64,000 bases of DNA from a virus (IMGVR_UViG_3300019370_000055:60012-124011), one strand, 5' to 3'; positions 48,310 to 61,323 are shown, numbered from the stretch's first letter. Program-made: numbers and translations. The notes: a model not told the origin generated them from the letters alone.

Positions 48310-48687
48310 ATGGAAGTAATTGATTTTTTAAAATCCGTCAGAAGGATTCGATCATTAAATAGAAATCCTGCTATTAGTGATGAAGATATAGAAAGTTTAA
48401 TTAATCAAGTTGATATGGTTAAAGAAAATGAAAAGCAGAATCCATATCCAATACTTAATAGCAGACCAACACAATATATTCCTCAAGGATTACTTATGGT
48501 TCATGAAAGTCAAGCATGGGAAAATCATGGACAGTCTCTTTACCAATTAAAGCAAAGAGGTGGATTGAGTTGGGCAGAGGCTCTTGCTATTATTGAGGGC
48601 AAGAAATGGAGTGATGCTATTCAAGCTGAAAAAGAAGCAGAGTCTATTGTTAAAAAACTTGCTGAAGAATTTTTGAATGGAGGATAA
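48310..48687 (+). CDS. hypothetical phage protein
   Basis: HESQAWENHGQSL..L..RGGL..E motif. Confidence 0.65.
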   Translation: MEVIDFLKSVRRIRSLNRNPAISDEDIESLINQVDMVKENEKQNPYPILNSRPTQYIPQGLLMVHESQAWENHGQSLYQLKQRGGLSWAEALAIIEGKKWSDAIQAEKEAESIVKKLAEEFLNGG

Positions 48688-48689
48688 AT

Positions 48690-48989
48690 ATGAAGAAAAT
48701 TATTACATTAATGATTACGTTGGTTTTATGTGCAAGCCTTTGTGCTTGTGGGACAAAGGCTGGATTAAAGAACTACGAAACAACTTCTGGATTAATTGCA
48801 ATTACAGGCCAAAGCAACTTGTATTACGATAGTAACACGAAGATTGTATATTTTATTTTTAATGAATATTTAAGTTATCAAGGCTATGGCTATATGTCAC
48901 CATATTATGCGTCCAATGGCCTCCCATATCGTTATGATGCAAATAATCAGACATTGATTGAAATTGATGGTGGTGAATTTAGTGGCTAA
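48690..48989 (+). CDS. lipoprotein
   Basis: LCAC lipobox; YMSPYYASNG.PY. Confidence 0.75.
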   Translation: MKKIITLMITLVLCASLCACGTKAGLKNYETTSGLIAITGQSNLYYDSNTKIVYFIFNEYLSYQGYGYMSPYYASNGLPYRYDANNQTLIEIDGGEFSG

Positions 48990-49266
48990 TCTTACTAAAT
49001 ATGAACAGGAAACCATTATCAATTATAATAATGAAGAAAAGACAGCTTCTATCTTTACTTATGACAAATCTCTTATAAGAAAGTTGGATAAGAGATTATC
49101 AGAATATCCAGATATTAAGGTAGTTCGTAGGGGGGATGATTGGGCTGAATATAGCTTGCCTAAGAAATGGATAAAGGTTGGATTCCCAAGACAATTATCT
49201 GATGAACAAAGGGCAGAAATGGCAAATAGGATGAAAGCAGCAAGGGACGGCATAAATGCGGACTAA
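48982..49266 (+). CDS. hypothetical phage protein
   Basis: EQETII...Y.LPKKW...PR.LSDEQR. Confidence 0.65.
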   Translation: MANLTKYEQETIINYNNEEKTASIFTYDKSLIRKLDKRLSEYPDIKVVRRGDDWAEYSLPKKWIKVGFPRQLSDEQRAEMANRMKAARDGINAD

Positions 49267-49818
49267 TTGGAGGTGCTTTTAGAAAATATGCTTGATTTAT
49301 ACAAGTACACTGATAAGGAAATAGATCAGCTTGTTAAGTCTATTGTGATTCTTACTGATACCAGAGAACAGAAAAATCAACATATTCTTGATTGGTTGGA
49401 TAAAAAGAAAATTCCTCATAAGACAAAGGCTCTGCCAAATGGCGATTACAGTTTCTATGTTCCTGCCAATCCCGACCTAAACATTGATAGAGATTTGTTT
49501 TTTGATAAAGAAATTATGGTTGAACGTAAGGGGTCATTGGAAGAACTTAGCGGCAACTTTTCACAGCAGCGGGCAAGATTTGAAGAAGAAATGGCTACAT
49601 ATCCCGGTGTAAAGTATCTACTAATCGAGAATGCTAAGTATCAAGATATTATTACGGGGAAATATGATACTAAGTTTTCAGCCAAAGCCTATCTTGCCAG
49701 CTTACATACCTTCAATCATAGGTATGGCCTCCAGATGATGTTCATGCCTGATCCACAGTATTCCGGGTATTTTCTGTATGGTGTATTTACATATTTTTTG
49801 AAACAAATTTTAAGATAG
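49267..49818 (+). CDS. ERCC4-domain nuclease (probable resolvase)
   Basis: DTREQ, GDY, VERKGSLEEL. Confidence 0.9.
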   Translation: MEVLLENMLDLYKYTDKEIDQLVKSIVILTDTREQKNQHILDWLDKKKIPHKTKALPNGDYSFYVPANPDLNIDRDLFFDKEIMVERKGSLEELSGNFSQQRARFEEEMATYPGVKYLLIENAKYQDIITGKYDTKFSAKAYLASLHTFNHRYGLQMMFMPDPQYSGYFLYGVFTYFLKQILR

Positions 49819-49821
49819 GTC

Positions 49822-49850
49822 TTGACAATAACGGTATATTCAATTATAAT
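49822..49850 (+). promoter_or_regulatory. consensus sigma-A promoter with operator as spacer
   Basis: TTGACA-ATAACGGTATATTCAAT-TATAAT. Confidence 0.85.
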
Positions 49851-49914
49851 AAATGGTGAACAGGTGTAGTGGCCTGTTCATCGCAAAATAAAATAACGGG
49901 AAAGGCAATAATAA

Positions 49915-51891
<1,977 letters not shown>

Positions 51892-51907
51892 ATTCTAAAC
51901 AAGAAAC

Positions 51908-51929
51908 GGGACGTGCATAAACACGTCCC
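51908..51929 (-). terminator. intrinsic terminator between convergent genes
   Basis: GGGACGTG-CATAAA-CACGTCCC; T-rich tail on the minus strand. Confidence 0.7.
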
Positions 51930-51939
51930 ATCTCAAAAG

Positions 51940-52212
51940 TCATTCTTCGGTTTTAGCTGCCTTCTTGCTAATTGCCTTTTCAAGCAAAGCATCAATTTCT
52001 TCATCCGTCAATCCTGCGTCCTTGGCCTTGGTAATAAGCAACTTGGTTTTTGCTGCCTTAGAGACACGAGGTTTAGGATTCTGAATTGATTCCTTCTTTT
52101 GCTCCAGCTTTTTAATAGCTTCTTTGTGAGCGTTGATTTTAGTATCAATTTCTGCGATACGTTCTTCAGCAGGGCGGCGAATCAGTTTCCGCTTTTCAGT
52201 AGTTTCAGCCAT
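51940..52212 (-). CDS. small basic coiled-coil protein, opposite orientation
   Basis: AAGGAG RBS before ATG 52212; RR..EERIAEID.KI...KKLE.KK..I.NPKPR. Confidence 0.7.
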   Translation of the reverse strand: MAETTEKRKLIRRPAEERIAEIDTKINAHKEAIKKLEQKKESIQNPKPRVSKAAKTKLLITKAKDAGLTDEEIDALLEKAISKKAAKTEE

Positions 52213-52292
52213 AGGTATCAACTCCTTTGTTTGATTTGGCAAAGTTATTATAACACATGAAAATCGTATTGTAAACATGAAAGGTGAAATTA

Positions 52293-53412
52293 ATGGGAAA
52301 TTATATTTATACGAATAAGGACTTGATTAAAATGCAGTCTCGTCCTTTCAGTACAAAACTTCAAGTTACAACTGCAAAGTTTCTTGAGTTTTGCCAAAAG
52401 ACTGACTATAATGTTTCCCTCTCATTTTCGGGGGGGGGCAGATAGTTCAGTTTTGTTAGATATGTTTGCGAAGTTTTGGTCATTGCATCGTGAGCAGCAC
52501 AATGACAAACCATTAACAGTGATTTATGCTAATACAAGTAATGAATTTGCATCAATGCCAAAACACGTTCAATTTTTTTGTGAATATATTGAGCAGAAGT
52601 ATGATATAAAAATTGATTTACATATTGTACGAAGTAAAACTACTTTTTTTGATGTGGTAAAAACAGAAGGGTATCCAGTAGCCAGCAAAAAGATTGCTCG
52701 TATGATCCGTGATGTTAGAGATTATTTTACAGAGCATGATATTAAATATTCTGATATTGAACCACATTTAGATCAAGGCGTATCTACCGCTGATTATTTG
52801 AGAACATTACATTTTCCAGCAACAATTATTTTGCGTTTATCTGGATATACGAGAGAGAATCATATATGTAAAACGTGGTCTATTCCGAAAAAATGGAGAT
52901 TTTTAATTGACGCTCCATTTCCAATAAGTGAACATTGTTGTGATATTTTGAAAAAGCAACCTATTAAATTGGTACAGAAAGAAGTTCAGGCCAATCCGAT
53001 TTATGGAACTTTAGCTGAAGATAGTCAAATGCGTAAGGATGCTTATTTAAAAACGGGATGTAATGCTTTTAAAAATGGGCATGGTAAATCTACACCTATG
53101 GGGTTTTGGACACGGCAAGATGTTCTTCGATACCTTCATGATTACAATATTCCTATTGCTCCACCTTACGGAAACATAATTAAATTAGAAAATGGGCAGT
53201 TTGAATTTACAGGAGAACATAACACTGGTTGCAAACTATGTTTGTTTGGTTGTCATTTGGAGCATGAGCCAAATAGAATTCAGCGATTGGCTACGATTGA
53301 ACCGAACACATATAAATTTGTAATGAAAAGCAGAGAAGAAGGAGGTCTTGGTTATCGTGAAGTGATGGACTATTTAGGTATACCATATGAAACATCAAAC
53401 AATGAAATATAA
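52293..53412 (+). CDS. PAPS-reductase-family PP-loop protein, frameshifted at G9 tract 52430-52438
   Basis: SFSGGADS motif is restored with G8; GYP, CC..LKK.P, TGC..C.FG. Confidence 0.88.
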
Positions 53413-53643
53413 GAAAGGAAATAAAAAATGAATCGCAAGCAAAAGCAAAATGAGCAGAAGCCAAAGGGCGAAAATAAACTGTGCTGCATGGAGTGTGGAT
53501 CGTCCCGTGGTACATTACATAAGATTAAACTTTCTAATGGCAAGCGAGGTTATCTTTGCGGATTCTGCTTTGATGCTTACCGAGAGCAAGATAATTAATT
53601 TTCGGCATATAACGATATAATCAATAACGCAAGGAGGAATTGC

Positions 53644-54330
53644 ATGAAAATTGTTTCACCCAGTTTTGAAATTATTACCCCGATTGATAGTGCAGAAATT
53701 CTCAAGATGATTGAGGAAGTTGGGCGCACCTGTTATAAAAGTGAAGATAAAATTACAGATGATTCTTGTATTAATTTTGTACAACGCATTATTAATAGTG
53801 GGCATGAAGCAGTAATTGAACATTACAACATTACAGTTCGACTTACAAATGATCGTGGTGTTTCTCATGAAGAAGTACGTCATCGTATTGCCAGCTATGC
53901 ACAGGAAAGTACACGCTATTGTAATTATTCCAAAGATAAGTTTGGTAATGAAATTACATATATCGACATTAAAGGTGGTATGAAACTTGATCCCAAGGTC
54001 AGCCAGCTTAGTGCAAATGCCTTTGCTGCAATTTATGATGAATGGGTTCATGCTTGTATTGATGCAGAAAATCATTATAACCGAATGATTGAACTTGGTG
54101 CAACACCACAAATTGCACGTTCTGTTCTTAATAATTCTACAAAGACAGAAATTTGTATCACAATGAATCTTCGTGAGTGGCGACATTTCTTCCGTCTGCG
54201 CACATCTCCCGCAGCGCATCCACAAATGCGTGAGATTGCAATTCAGCTTTTGATTGCCTTTAAGATGATGATTCCAGTTGTTTTTGATGACATTTATCAG
54301 GAGTATTTGGAGAGTGCCAAGAAGAAGTAA
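53644..54330 (+). CDS. thyX: FAD-dependent thymidylate synthase
   Basis: GHEAVIEH, SHEEVRHR..SYAQESTRY, NLREWRHF. Confidence 0.95.
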   Translation: MKIVSPSFEIITPIDSAEILKMIEEVGRTCYKSEDKITDDSCINFVQRIINSGHEAVIEHYNITVRLTNDRGVSHEEVRHRIASYAQESTRYCNYSKDKFGNEITYIDIKGGMKLDPKVSQLSANAFAAIYDEWVHACIDAENHYNRMIELGATPQIARSVLNNSTKTEICITMNLREWRHFFRLRTSPAAHPQMREIAIQLLIAFKMMIPVVFDDIYQEYLESAKKK

Positions 54331-54835
54331 CAGAATCATTGATTGTGGTGATTACTGTAAAATTGAATTGTATTATCCACATTCTAATTCTGTTTGCGAT
54401 TATGCACTGATTTCAAAATCTGATTTAACACTTGCAAAGCAAATCTATTGGCGAAAAACAGAATATGGATACGCCAGAGGCAAGAATCCAATAACTCGAA
54501 AAGACATTTTTCTCCATAAGTACATAACACAAACATCAAAAGAAACAGTAATAGACCATATTAATCGAAACAAGTTAGATTGTAGGCGTGAAAATATGCG
54601 CATTGCAGATAGTCAAATTAATTCTTTGAATCGCAATGCGCCACGCAATTCAACTACTGGATATAAAGGCGTTACTTTTGATTACAGAACAGGGAAATTT
54701 AGAGCATATGTAAAAATTGATAGAAAACAAATTAATCTTGGCCTTTTTGATACTGCTGAATTGGCATATCAAGAAAGAGAAATCTATGAACAATCACTTA
54801 TGACAATTATGACTATGAAATGTAAGGGGGTTTGA
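54314..54835 (+). CDS. free-standing HNH-AP2 homing endonuclease
   Basis: LH..I..DHINRNKLDCRRENMR followed by GYKGV..LGLF..AE.A. Confidence 0.88.
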   Translation: MPRRSNRIIDCGDYCKIELYYPHSNSVCDYALISKSDLTLAKQIYWRKTEYGYARGKNPITRKDIFLHKYITQTSKETVIDHINRNKLDCRRENMRIADSQINSLNRNAPRNSTTGYKGVTFDYRTGKFRAYVKIDRKQINLGLFDTAELAYQEREIYEQSLMTIMTMKCKGV

Positions 54836-54836
54836 T

Positions 54837-55367
54837 ATGAAAGTAATTTGTATTTCTGGCAAGGCTCGTCATGGTAAAGATACTTTAGCGGGTATTTTAA
54901 AGAATCATCTGGAGGATCAAGGCAATCGTGTTTTGATAGCACATTTTGGTGATCTGGTTAAATACATTTGCGAAAAATTTTTTGATTGGGATGAGCAGAA
55001 AGATGAAAGGGGGCGAACACTTCTTCAGTATGTCGGTACAGATGTAGTAAGAACACAGGAGCCTAATTTCTGGACAGATTTTATTAAAAAGGTTTTAACA
55101 TTGTTCCCTGATGAATGGGATTATGTTTTAATCCCTGATTGTCGTTTCCCAAATGAAATTGAATGTTTTAAAGACGGAGGATTTGACGCACATCTTGTAA
55201 GGATTACACGTCCGAATTGCGATTCTGGCCTCACAGAACAGCAGCTACAGCATCCCTCTGAAACAGCAATGGATGATTACCATGCAGATTGTTACATCAT
55301 TAATGATTCTACACTGTACAATCTTGAAGTTCAGGTTCCAGAAATTCTAAAAGCTATTGGAGGCTAA
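54837..55367 (+). CDS. deoxynucleoside monophosphate kinase
   Basis: SGKARHGKDT, RTLLQ..GTD, DCRFPNE, HPSE. Confidence 0.88.
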   Translation: MKVICISGKARHGKDTLAGILKNHLEDQGNRVLIAHFGDLVKYICEKFFDWDEQKDERGRTLLQYVGTDVVRTQEPNFWTDFIKKVLTLFPDEWDYVLIPDCRFPNEIECFKDGGFDAHLVRITRPNCDSGLTEQQLQHPSETAMDDYHADCYIINDSTLYNLEVQVPEILKAIGG

Positions 55368-55911
55368 GATGACAGATAAAAAGATTGTCCTATGTGATGC
55401 AGATGATACCATTGAAAACCTTTGCGAGACATGGGTTAATTATCTGAACAATCAATATGGAACAAAGGTCTTAGCTGAAAATGTTGTTGATTGGGATGTA
55501 AGCAAATTCTTCCCTGAATTAACCAAGGATCAAGTTTATGCTCCTATATATGATAAAGATTTTTGGAAACTCATTCTTCCGATTGAAGGCTGCTATCAGG
55601 TTCTCAATGAAATTAATAATAGACACAGTTTGTATATTGTGACAGCTACAAATTATCAGACTTGTGACACAAAAATTGAACGTATTATTGTTGATCTATT
55701 TCCATTTCTTCAATGGTCACAGTTTATTATTGCATCTAAAAAGCAACTTATATATGGTGATTATTTAATTGATGATGGAGTACATAATTTTGGTGGAGGT
55801 CATTATAAAGGAATTTTGTTTGATCGTCCACATAATCGTTTGTTTGACGATAAGGCTGCTGGCCTAACCCGTGTACATACATGGGATGAAATAGGTAATA
55901 TTTTATTGTAG
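55357..55911 (+). CDS. 5'(3')-deoxyribonucleotidase (HAD)
   Basis: DADDT, LIDDG..N, FDRPHN. Confidence 0.85.
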   Translation: MEAKMTDKKIVLCDADDTIENLCETWVNYLNNQYGTKVLAENVVDWDVSKFFPELTKDQVYAPIYDKDFWKLILPIEGCYQVLNEINNRHSLYIVTATNYQTCDTKIERIIVDLFPFLQWSQFIIASKKQLIYGDYLIDDGVHNFGGGHYKGILFDRPHNRLFDDKAAGLTRVHTWDEIGNILL

Positions 55912-55927
55912 GTAAAGGAGTGGTTCA

Positions 55928-58183
55928 ATGGTTGTAATTAAGCGTGATGGTAGGGAAGTCGAATTTGATAAGCGAAAAATTAGTAATGCAGTTTTGAAGG
56001 CAATTATTGAAGTTGATGGTAAGAGTACACTTGATACAGAAAGAATTGCTTATGACATTGCTGATCGGATTGAGGAAAAGAGCAAAGATACTGCTTTGAC
56101 TGTTGAGCAAATTCAAGATATGGTTGAAGTTCAACTTATGCTTAGTTATCGTAAAGACATTGCAAAAGCCTATATTCTCTATCGTAATGAGCGTACAAAA
56201 ATCCGTGACAGAAATAGTACCCTTATCAAAAACATTATGGTAAGGGCTGATTCAAAGGTTAATTATCGGTCTAATGCAAATGTTGATGAATCTTCATTTT
56301 CTGGACGTGAAAAAGAGGCTTCTGCTGATATTGGCAAAATGATTGCCTTAGATTTTGATGGTTTGTCTCATGATGTTGCTGAAGCACATAAATCAATGCT
56401 GGTATATCAGCATGATCTTGAAAAGGCTATTTATGGTATTCATAATTGTCTTAATCTTAATTTCCAAGAAATTTTTAATTATGGATTTCGTACTCGCAAC
56501 GGTGATGTGCGTCCTCCCACAAGTTTCAGTACAGCTTGTCAGCTTGTGGCTGTAGCTTTCCAGTGTCAGAGTCAAGTACAATTCGGCGGTGTAGGTAGTA
56601 TTCATTTGGATTATGACCTTGCTCCGTTTGTCATAAAAAGTTTCTTTAAGCATTATGCTGATGGTCTGAAATATCTTCACCATAATACCGATGAAGAGGC
56701 TAATAATTTTATTTCTAATTGTATTGATGAAGGTATTGGCATTAATGATATGGAATTGATAAACGATGATAGACAAGATGTATATAACTATGCTATGGAT
56801 ATGCTGGAGCGTGAAGGCAAGCAAGCAGCACAAGGACTTTATCATAATCTGAATACACTTGAATCCAGACAGGGTTCACAAGTTCCTTTTACCAGTATCA
56901 ATCTTGGACGTGATACAAGTACAGAGGGGAGGCTTGTAACTAAGTGGATTATGGAGGCCAGCATTGACGGCATTGGACAGCATCATCTTACAAGTATTTT
57001 CCCCATTAGTATCTTCCAATATAAGCAAGGTACTAACGCTAATGTTGGCGATCCTAACTATGATATGAAGCAGCTTGCCCTTGAATCTATGAGTAAGCGT
57101 ATTTATCCTAACTGGTGCAACTGTGACTGGACACAGGCACATGAAGATGAGAACAATCCAGATACATTCTTTGCCACAATGGGATGCCGTACATTGATTG
57201 GCTATGACCGTCATGGGCTTGGGTATATTCGTCAGGGTAGGGGTAATAATGTCCCCAATACAATCATTCTTCCAAAGTTAGGTATTGAATTTGGTATCTG
57301 TCTTGGTAAGCGTAATAAGCCTGATCTGGATGGATTCTGGAAGGCTTTTGAGGAAACTTTACAGTTGACAGAGCGTGGATTGCTGGAGCGTTTTGAAATT
57401 ATGGTACGGCAATCTCCTAAGTCAGCCCCATTCATGTATCAGAATAATACCATTCAAGATGCAAGGAATTGTGAAAAGGATGTATTTAACGCCCTGAAGC
57501 ATAATACGTTAGCGATTGGTTATCTTGGCATTGCTGAGATGTGTCAAGCCCTTTTCGGTAAGAATCATGTTCATGATGCAGATGTTCATGCTTTTGCATT
57601 GTCTGTTGTTAAACGTATCAATGAATATGCCGCTGAAGCATCTGAACGCAATAATCTTAATTTCTCTTGCTATGCCACACCAGCAGAGGGACTTTGCCGT
57701 ACAGCACTGGTTGGCCTTCGTAATCAGTATGGGATTATTGAAAACGTTACATCACATGAGTATTTGACTAATTCTCATCATGTTCCTGTATGGGAAAAGG
57801 TTTCTATTCAGCAGAAATTGGAATGTGAGGCTCCGTTCTGTAAATATCCCACTGGTGGTTGTATTACTTACGTTGAATTGGATAGCACTTTTGTAAAAAA
57901 TACAAAAGCTGTTGAGGATATTATTGACTATGCGTTTAAGACCTTGGACATTCCGTATTTGGCCTTTAACTTCCCGATTGACAGTTGCTTAGATTGCGGT
58001 TATCAGGGCGAGTTCAATGATAAGTGTCCTCAGTGTGGTAGCGAAAATATCCAGCAGCTTCGCCGTGTCACAGGGTATCTTACAACTGACTATCGTAATT
58101 TTAACGATGGTAAGCAGCGTGAAGTGCTTGAGCGTGAAAAGCAAAGCAACTATACTCCACAAGTTGCTTCTGATCAGAAATGA
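55928..58183 (+). CDS. nrdD: anaerobic ribonucleoside-triphosphate reductase
   Basis: ATP cone, MGCRT, YATPAEGL, TNSHH, CxxC..CxxC, RRVTGYL. Confidence 0.96.
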   Translation: MVVIKRDGREVEFDKRKISNAVLKAIIEVDGKSTLDTERIAYDIADRIEEKSKDTALTVEQIQDMVEVQLMLSYRKDIAKAYILYRNERTKIRDRNSTLIKNIMVRADSKVNYRSNANVDESSFSGREKEASADIGKMIALDFDGLSHDVAEAHKSMLVYQHDLEKAIYGIHNCLNLNFQEIFNYGFRTRNGDVRPPTSFSTACQLVAVAFQCQSQVQFGGVGSIHLDYDLAPFVIKSFFKHYADGLKYLHHNTDEEANNFISNCIDEGIGINDMELINDDRQDVYNYAMDMLEREGKQAAQGLYHNLNTLESRQGSQVPFTSINLGRDTSTEGRLVTKWIMEASIDGIGQHHLTSIFPISIFQYKQGTNANVGDPNYDMKQLALESMSKRIYPNWCNCDWTQAHEDENNPDTFFATMGCRTLIGYDRHGLGYIRQGRGNNVPNTIILPKLGIEFGICLGKRNKPDLDGFWKAFEETLQLTERGLLERFEIMVRQSPKSAPFMYQNNTIQDARNCEKDVFNALKHNTLAIGYLGIAEMCQALFGKNHVHDADVHAFALSVVKRINEYAAEASERNNLNFSCYATPAEGLCRTALVGLRNQYGIIENVTSHEYLTNSHHVPVWEKVSIQQKLECEAPFCKYPTGGCITYVELDSTFVKNTKAVEDIIDYAFKTLDIPYLAFNFPIDSCLDCGYQGEFNDKCPQCGSENIQQLRRVTGYLTTDYRNFNDGKQREVLEREKQSNYTPQVASDQK

Positions 58184-58713
58184 ATAACTGGCGGTACGCT
58201 GGGATTGAATATGACGATGTAGCAAACGGTATTGGTTTGGGGGCAGTATTCTTTACTCAAGGTTGCCCCCACCATTGTCCCGAATGTCAAAATCCTCAAA
58301 CGTGGAGTATGGATGGTGGCATGAAATTTACTGATGCAGTATTCGATCAACTAATACAGTATTACTATGATATTCCGTATGCCAGCAGACTTACGCTTTC
58401 TGGTGGTGATCCTTTAGCAAACCCCGAATTGACTTATCAAATTATTTTCAAATTTAAAACTCTTTTTCCTCATAAAACAGTTTGGTTATATACAGGTTAT
58501 AATTTTGAAGATGTTGCTTTTAATATTCCTACAACAGAAACAGAACAGCTAATTCAAAAGATTATCAAACTGTGTGATGTAATAATTGATGGTGAATTTG
58601 AAATTGATAAGCGTGATATAAGTCTACAGTTTATGGGTTCAAGTAATCAGCGCATTATTAATGTACCTAAATCTTTAAAAGAAAAAGAAATAGTTGTATG
58701 GAAGGAGAATTAA
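58180..58713 (+). CDS. nrdG: anaerobic RNR activating enzyme
   Basis: GCPHHCPECQNP, SGGDP, GSSNQR. Confidence 0.95.
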   Translation: MNNWRYAGIEYDDVANGIGLGAVFFTQGCPHHCPECQNPQTWSMDGGMKFTDAVFDQLIQYYYDIPYASRLTLSGGDPLANPELTYQIIFKFKTLFPHKTVWLYTGYNFEDVAFNIPTTETEQLIQKIIKLCDVIIDGEFEIDKRDISLQFMGSSNQRIINVPKSLKEKEIVVWKEN

Positions 58714-58928
58714 TTTGACACTAAAAGATTTTAATTCTAAACCATTGTCGGAAATTATTGAGCAGATGGACATGGTTGATTTGAAGATTCATTCGGATAA
58801 TAATGGCACAATCAATAGTATTGAAATTAAATATGCTGATCCATCCAGTCCTGAAAGTAAGATTGGAAAGAGGTAAAAATAAAATACACAACAGAAAATC
58901 TAACGATAAGAATTAGGGAGGATAATTA

Positions 58929-59477
58929 ATGCTTGTTGTAAATCTTTTCGGTGCGCCCGGAGCAGGAAAGTCTACTGGTGCAGCATATATTTTTTCACAA
59001 CTGAAACTTGCTGGTATCAATGCAGAATTGGTCACAGAATTTGCTAAAGACAAGGTGTGGGAGGAAAGCAAAGCCGTATTCCAAAATCAAGCATATATCT
59101 TTGGTAAGCAGTATTTCCGCATTAGTCGTGTTCAGGATAAGGTAGATGTAGTTATTACCGATTCTCCTATTCTGCTGTCGCCATTCTACACTGATGATCC
59201 TGTGCTGGGTGATGAATTTGATAAGTTGGTTACTAAGGTATTCAATTCATATGATTCCTTTAACGCATTTATCAATCGTGTAAAGTCCTACAATGCTACT
59301 GGTAGATTCCAGACAGAGCAAGAGAGTGATGAACTGGCTAAGAAACTGTTGGCCTTTATTACTGAACATGGTATCGCTTGCAGACACTACGATGGTGATG
59401 TAAAGAGTTATGATGTGCTTGTATCTGATATTCTTACAAGGCTTAAATGTCCCGGAAGAAGTTATGGAACACGTTAA
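58929..59477 (+). CDS. NadR-like (AAA_28) P-loop kinase/ATPase
   Basis: GAPGAGKST, EFAKD..W, ITDSP, GRFQTE. Confidence 0.8.
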   Translation: MLVVNLFGAPGAGKSTGAAYIFSQLKLAGINAELVTEFAKDKVWEESKAVFQNQAYIFGKQYFRISRVQDKVDVVITDSPILLSPFYTDDPVLGDEFDKLVTKVFNSYDSFNAFINRVKSYNATGRFQTEQESDELAKKLLAFITEHGIACRHYDGDVKSYDVLVSDILTRLKCPGRSYGTR

Positions 59478-59520
59478 TTACATAAAATAACGATATAATC
59501 AATAATAAAAAGGAGTTACT

Positions 59521-59736
59521 ATGAGAACAAGTAAAAAGAACCCGTGTGAAGGTTGCCATTATTGGAGATATTTATACCCTTGTAATGCCTGTCACTATAT
59601 GTACGTTACTGGACATAGCAGGGGATGTGAAGCTGGAGCGGGATGTACTCGTAGGAAACCAATGGACAGAGAAGAAATGAAAAAAGAAATTCCAGCACTT
59701 TTAAAAATAGGAGCGTATGAAAATGGAATTTATTGA
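59521..59736 (+). CDS. small Cys-rich protein
   Basis: CxxC..CxxC..GC..C. Confidence 0.6.
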   Translation: MRTSKKNPCEGCHYWRYLYPCNACHYMYVTGHSRGCEAGAGCTRRKPMDREEMKKEIPALLKIGAYENGIY

Positions 59737-60544
59737 TTGTAAAGCAATCGCACAGAAATGGAAAGACGAAATAAAAGCAACTGGTGTAAAAGCTACTTTA
59801 TATGTAATTTCGGCTGGCGACAATGCAGCGTCAGCCGCATATATCAAAGGTAAATTGAAAGACGCTGAAGAAATTGGGTTTGAATGTATTCACAGACATA
59901 TTAATGCAGATAACCGAGAACAACTTCTTGCAAATTTAACACTTCTATTGAATGAACTTCAATATAGTATAAACGCTGATGGTGTAATTGTTCAGTTGCC
60001 ATTGCCATTCGGAATTACATTCGATGATATTAAAATGTGGATGACAACCGAAAAGGATGTAGATGGATTCTTAGCCGACTCTCCGTTTGATCCATGTACA
60101 CCAGATGGAATAGTACAAATGCTAAAAGAAATTAATGTTGATATTGATGGCAAACTTTGTGTTATTGCTGGTAGGAGTAACATTGTAGGCAAACCATTAG
60201 CAGAAATGATGATACATGAAAATGCAACAGTTGTTCTTTGCCATTCTCATACGCCAGCGGCACTTTTAGATCGGCTTGTACATGACGCAGATATTTTCGT
60301 TAGTGCAGTAGGTCAAAAAGATTTTATTGACAGCAGCAAATTTAAAGATGGTGCAGTTGTAATTGACGTTGGTATCAACCGAACTAATCAGGGGATTTGT
60401 GGTGACATAACTATCAATCCTAAATCAAACAAAATTCTTATCACACCAGTTCCCGGAGGTGTTGGCCTACTGACACGTGCAATGCTTATGAAGCATCTGT
60501 TAGCAGCTTATCAAAAATATCACATTTGGAGGCAAACACGATGA
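59717..60544 (+). CDS. folD: methylenetetrahydrofolate dehydrogenase/cyclohydrolase
   Basis: VQLPLP, KDVDG, PCTP, GRSNIVGKP, DVGINR, TPVPGGVG. Confidence 0.95.
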   Translation: MKMEFIDCKAIAQKWKDEIKATGVKATLYVISAGDNAASAAYIKGKLKDAEEIGFECIHRHINADNREQLLANLTLLLNELQYSINADGVIVQLPLPFGITFDDIKMWMTTEKDVDGFLADSPFDPCTPDGIVQMLKEINVDIDGKLCVIAGRSNIVGKPLAEMMIHENATVVLCHSHTPAALLDRLVHDADIFVSAVGQKDFIDSSKFKDGAVVIDVGINRTNQGICGDITINPKSNKILITPVPGGVGLLTRAMLMKHLLAAYQKYHIWRQTR

Positions 60545-61050
60545 ATAAATTTGAACTCATTTCTAAAACCGAGTATGACAAGGTAGTTTCTGAGGAATTT
60601 AATGCTAAGAACGGCGTAATTGGTTATCAGCCTTATGAACATCTTCGGACACCGCAGCGGGCGACTAAAGGAAGTGCTGGCTACGATTTCTTTTCACCAA
60701 TCTCATTCAAATTAAAACCGGGGCAGACAATTAAAGTTCCTACTTGTGTAAAATGCTGTCTTAATCATGGTAATGTTCTTATGCTGTTTCCCCGTAGTAG
60801 TTTTGGATTTAAGTATAGGATGCAACTTGATAATACTGTTGGAATTGTAGATCAAGATTACTACAATAATGAATCTAACGAGGGACATATCTTTATCAAG
60901 ATTACAAATGACAGCAAATCAGGAAAGACATTAGAAGTTAATGCTGGAACTCCTTTTGCTCAAGGAATTATCATGAGTTATGCAATTACAGAAGATGATA
61001 GTGTAGTTGCTACACGTACTGGCGGCATGGGAAGTACATCAAATAATTGA
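60541..61050 (+). CDS. dut: dUTPase
   Basis: SAGYD, PRSS, GIVDQDY, AQG, RTGGMGST. Confidence 0.93.
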   Translation: MNKFELISKTEYDKVVSEEFNAKNGVIGYQPYEHLRTPQRATKGSAGYDFFSPISFKLKPGQTIKVPTCVKCCLNHGNVLMLFPRSSFGFKYRMQLDNTVGIVDQDYYNNESNEGHIFIKITNDSKSGKTLEVNAGTPFAQGIIMSYAITEDDSVVATRTGGMGSTSNN

Positions 61051-61316
61051 TTGAGAATTTTATGAAATTTATCAAGAATTTACCGTGGGGAGCAATTACA
61101 GTTTTTATAATCGTCCCTATCATTGGCATATGCTTGATATGTTGGCATACGGCATGGGAACATGACTATTTTGGTGATGGCTCATGCCATGCCTGTCAAA
61201 CTGGACATTATGAACTGTTTGATATTGAACATATAAGAAATGGCGGCGAATTTTATTATTACCGTTGTAATGAATGTCATGATATTGAAAGATATGAAAG
61301 TTATCAGGGAGAATAA
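61047..61316 (+). CDS. membrane-anchored Zn-ribbon protein
   Basis: TM helix plus CHAC..CNEC. Confidence 0.55.
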   Translation: MIENFMKFIKNLPWGAITVFIIVPIIGICLICWHTAWEHDYFGDGSCHACQTGHYELFDIEHIRNGGEFYYYRCNECHDIERYESYQGE

Positions 61317-61323
61317 TAAAGAT

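Noticed and set aside
54314-54835. HNH gene as part of a group I intron in thyX
   Set aside because: thyX appears complete upstream and no intron core is evident; treated as free-standing
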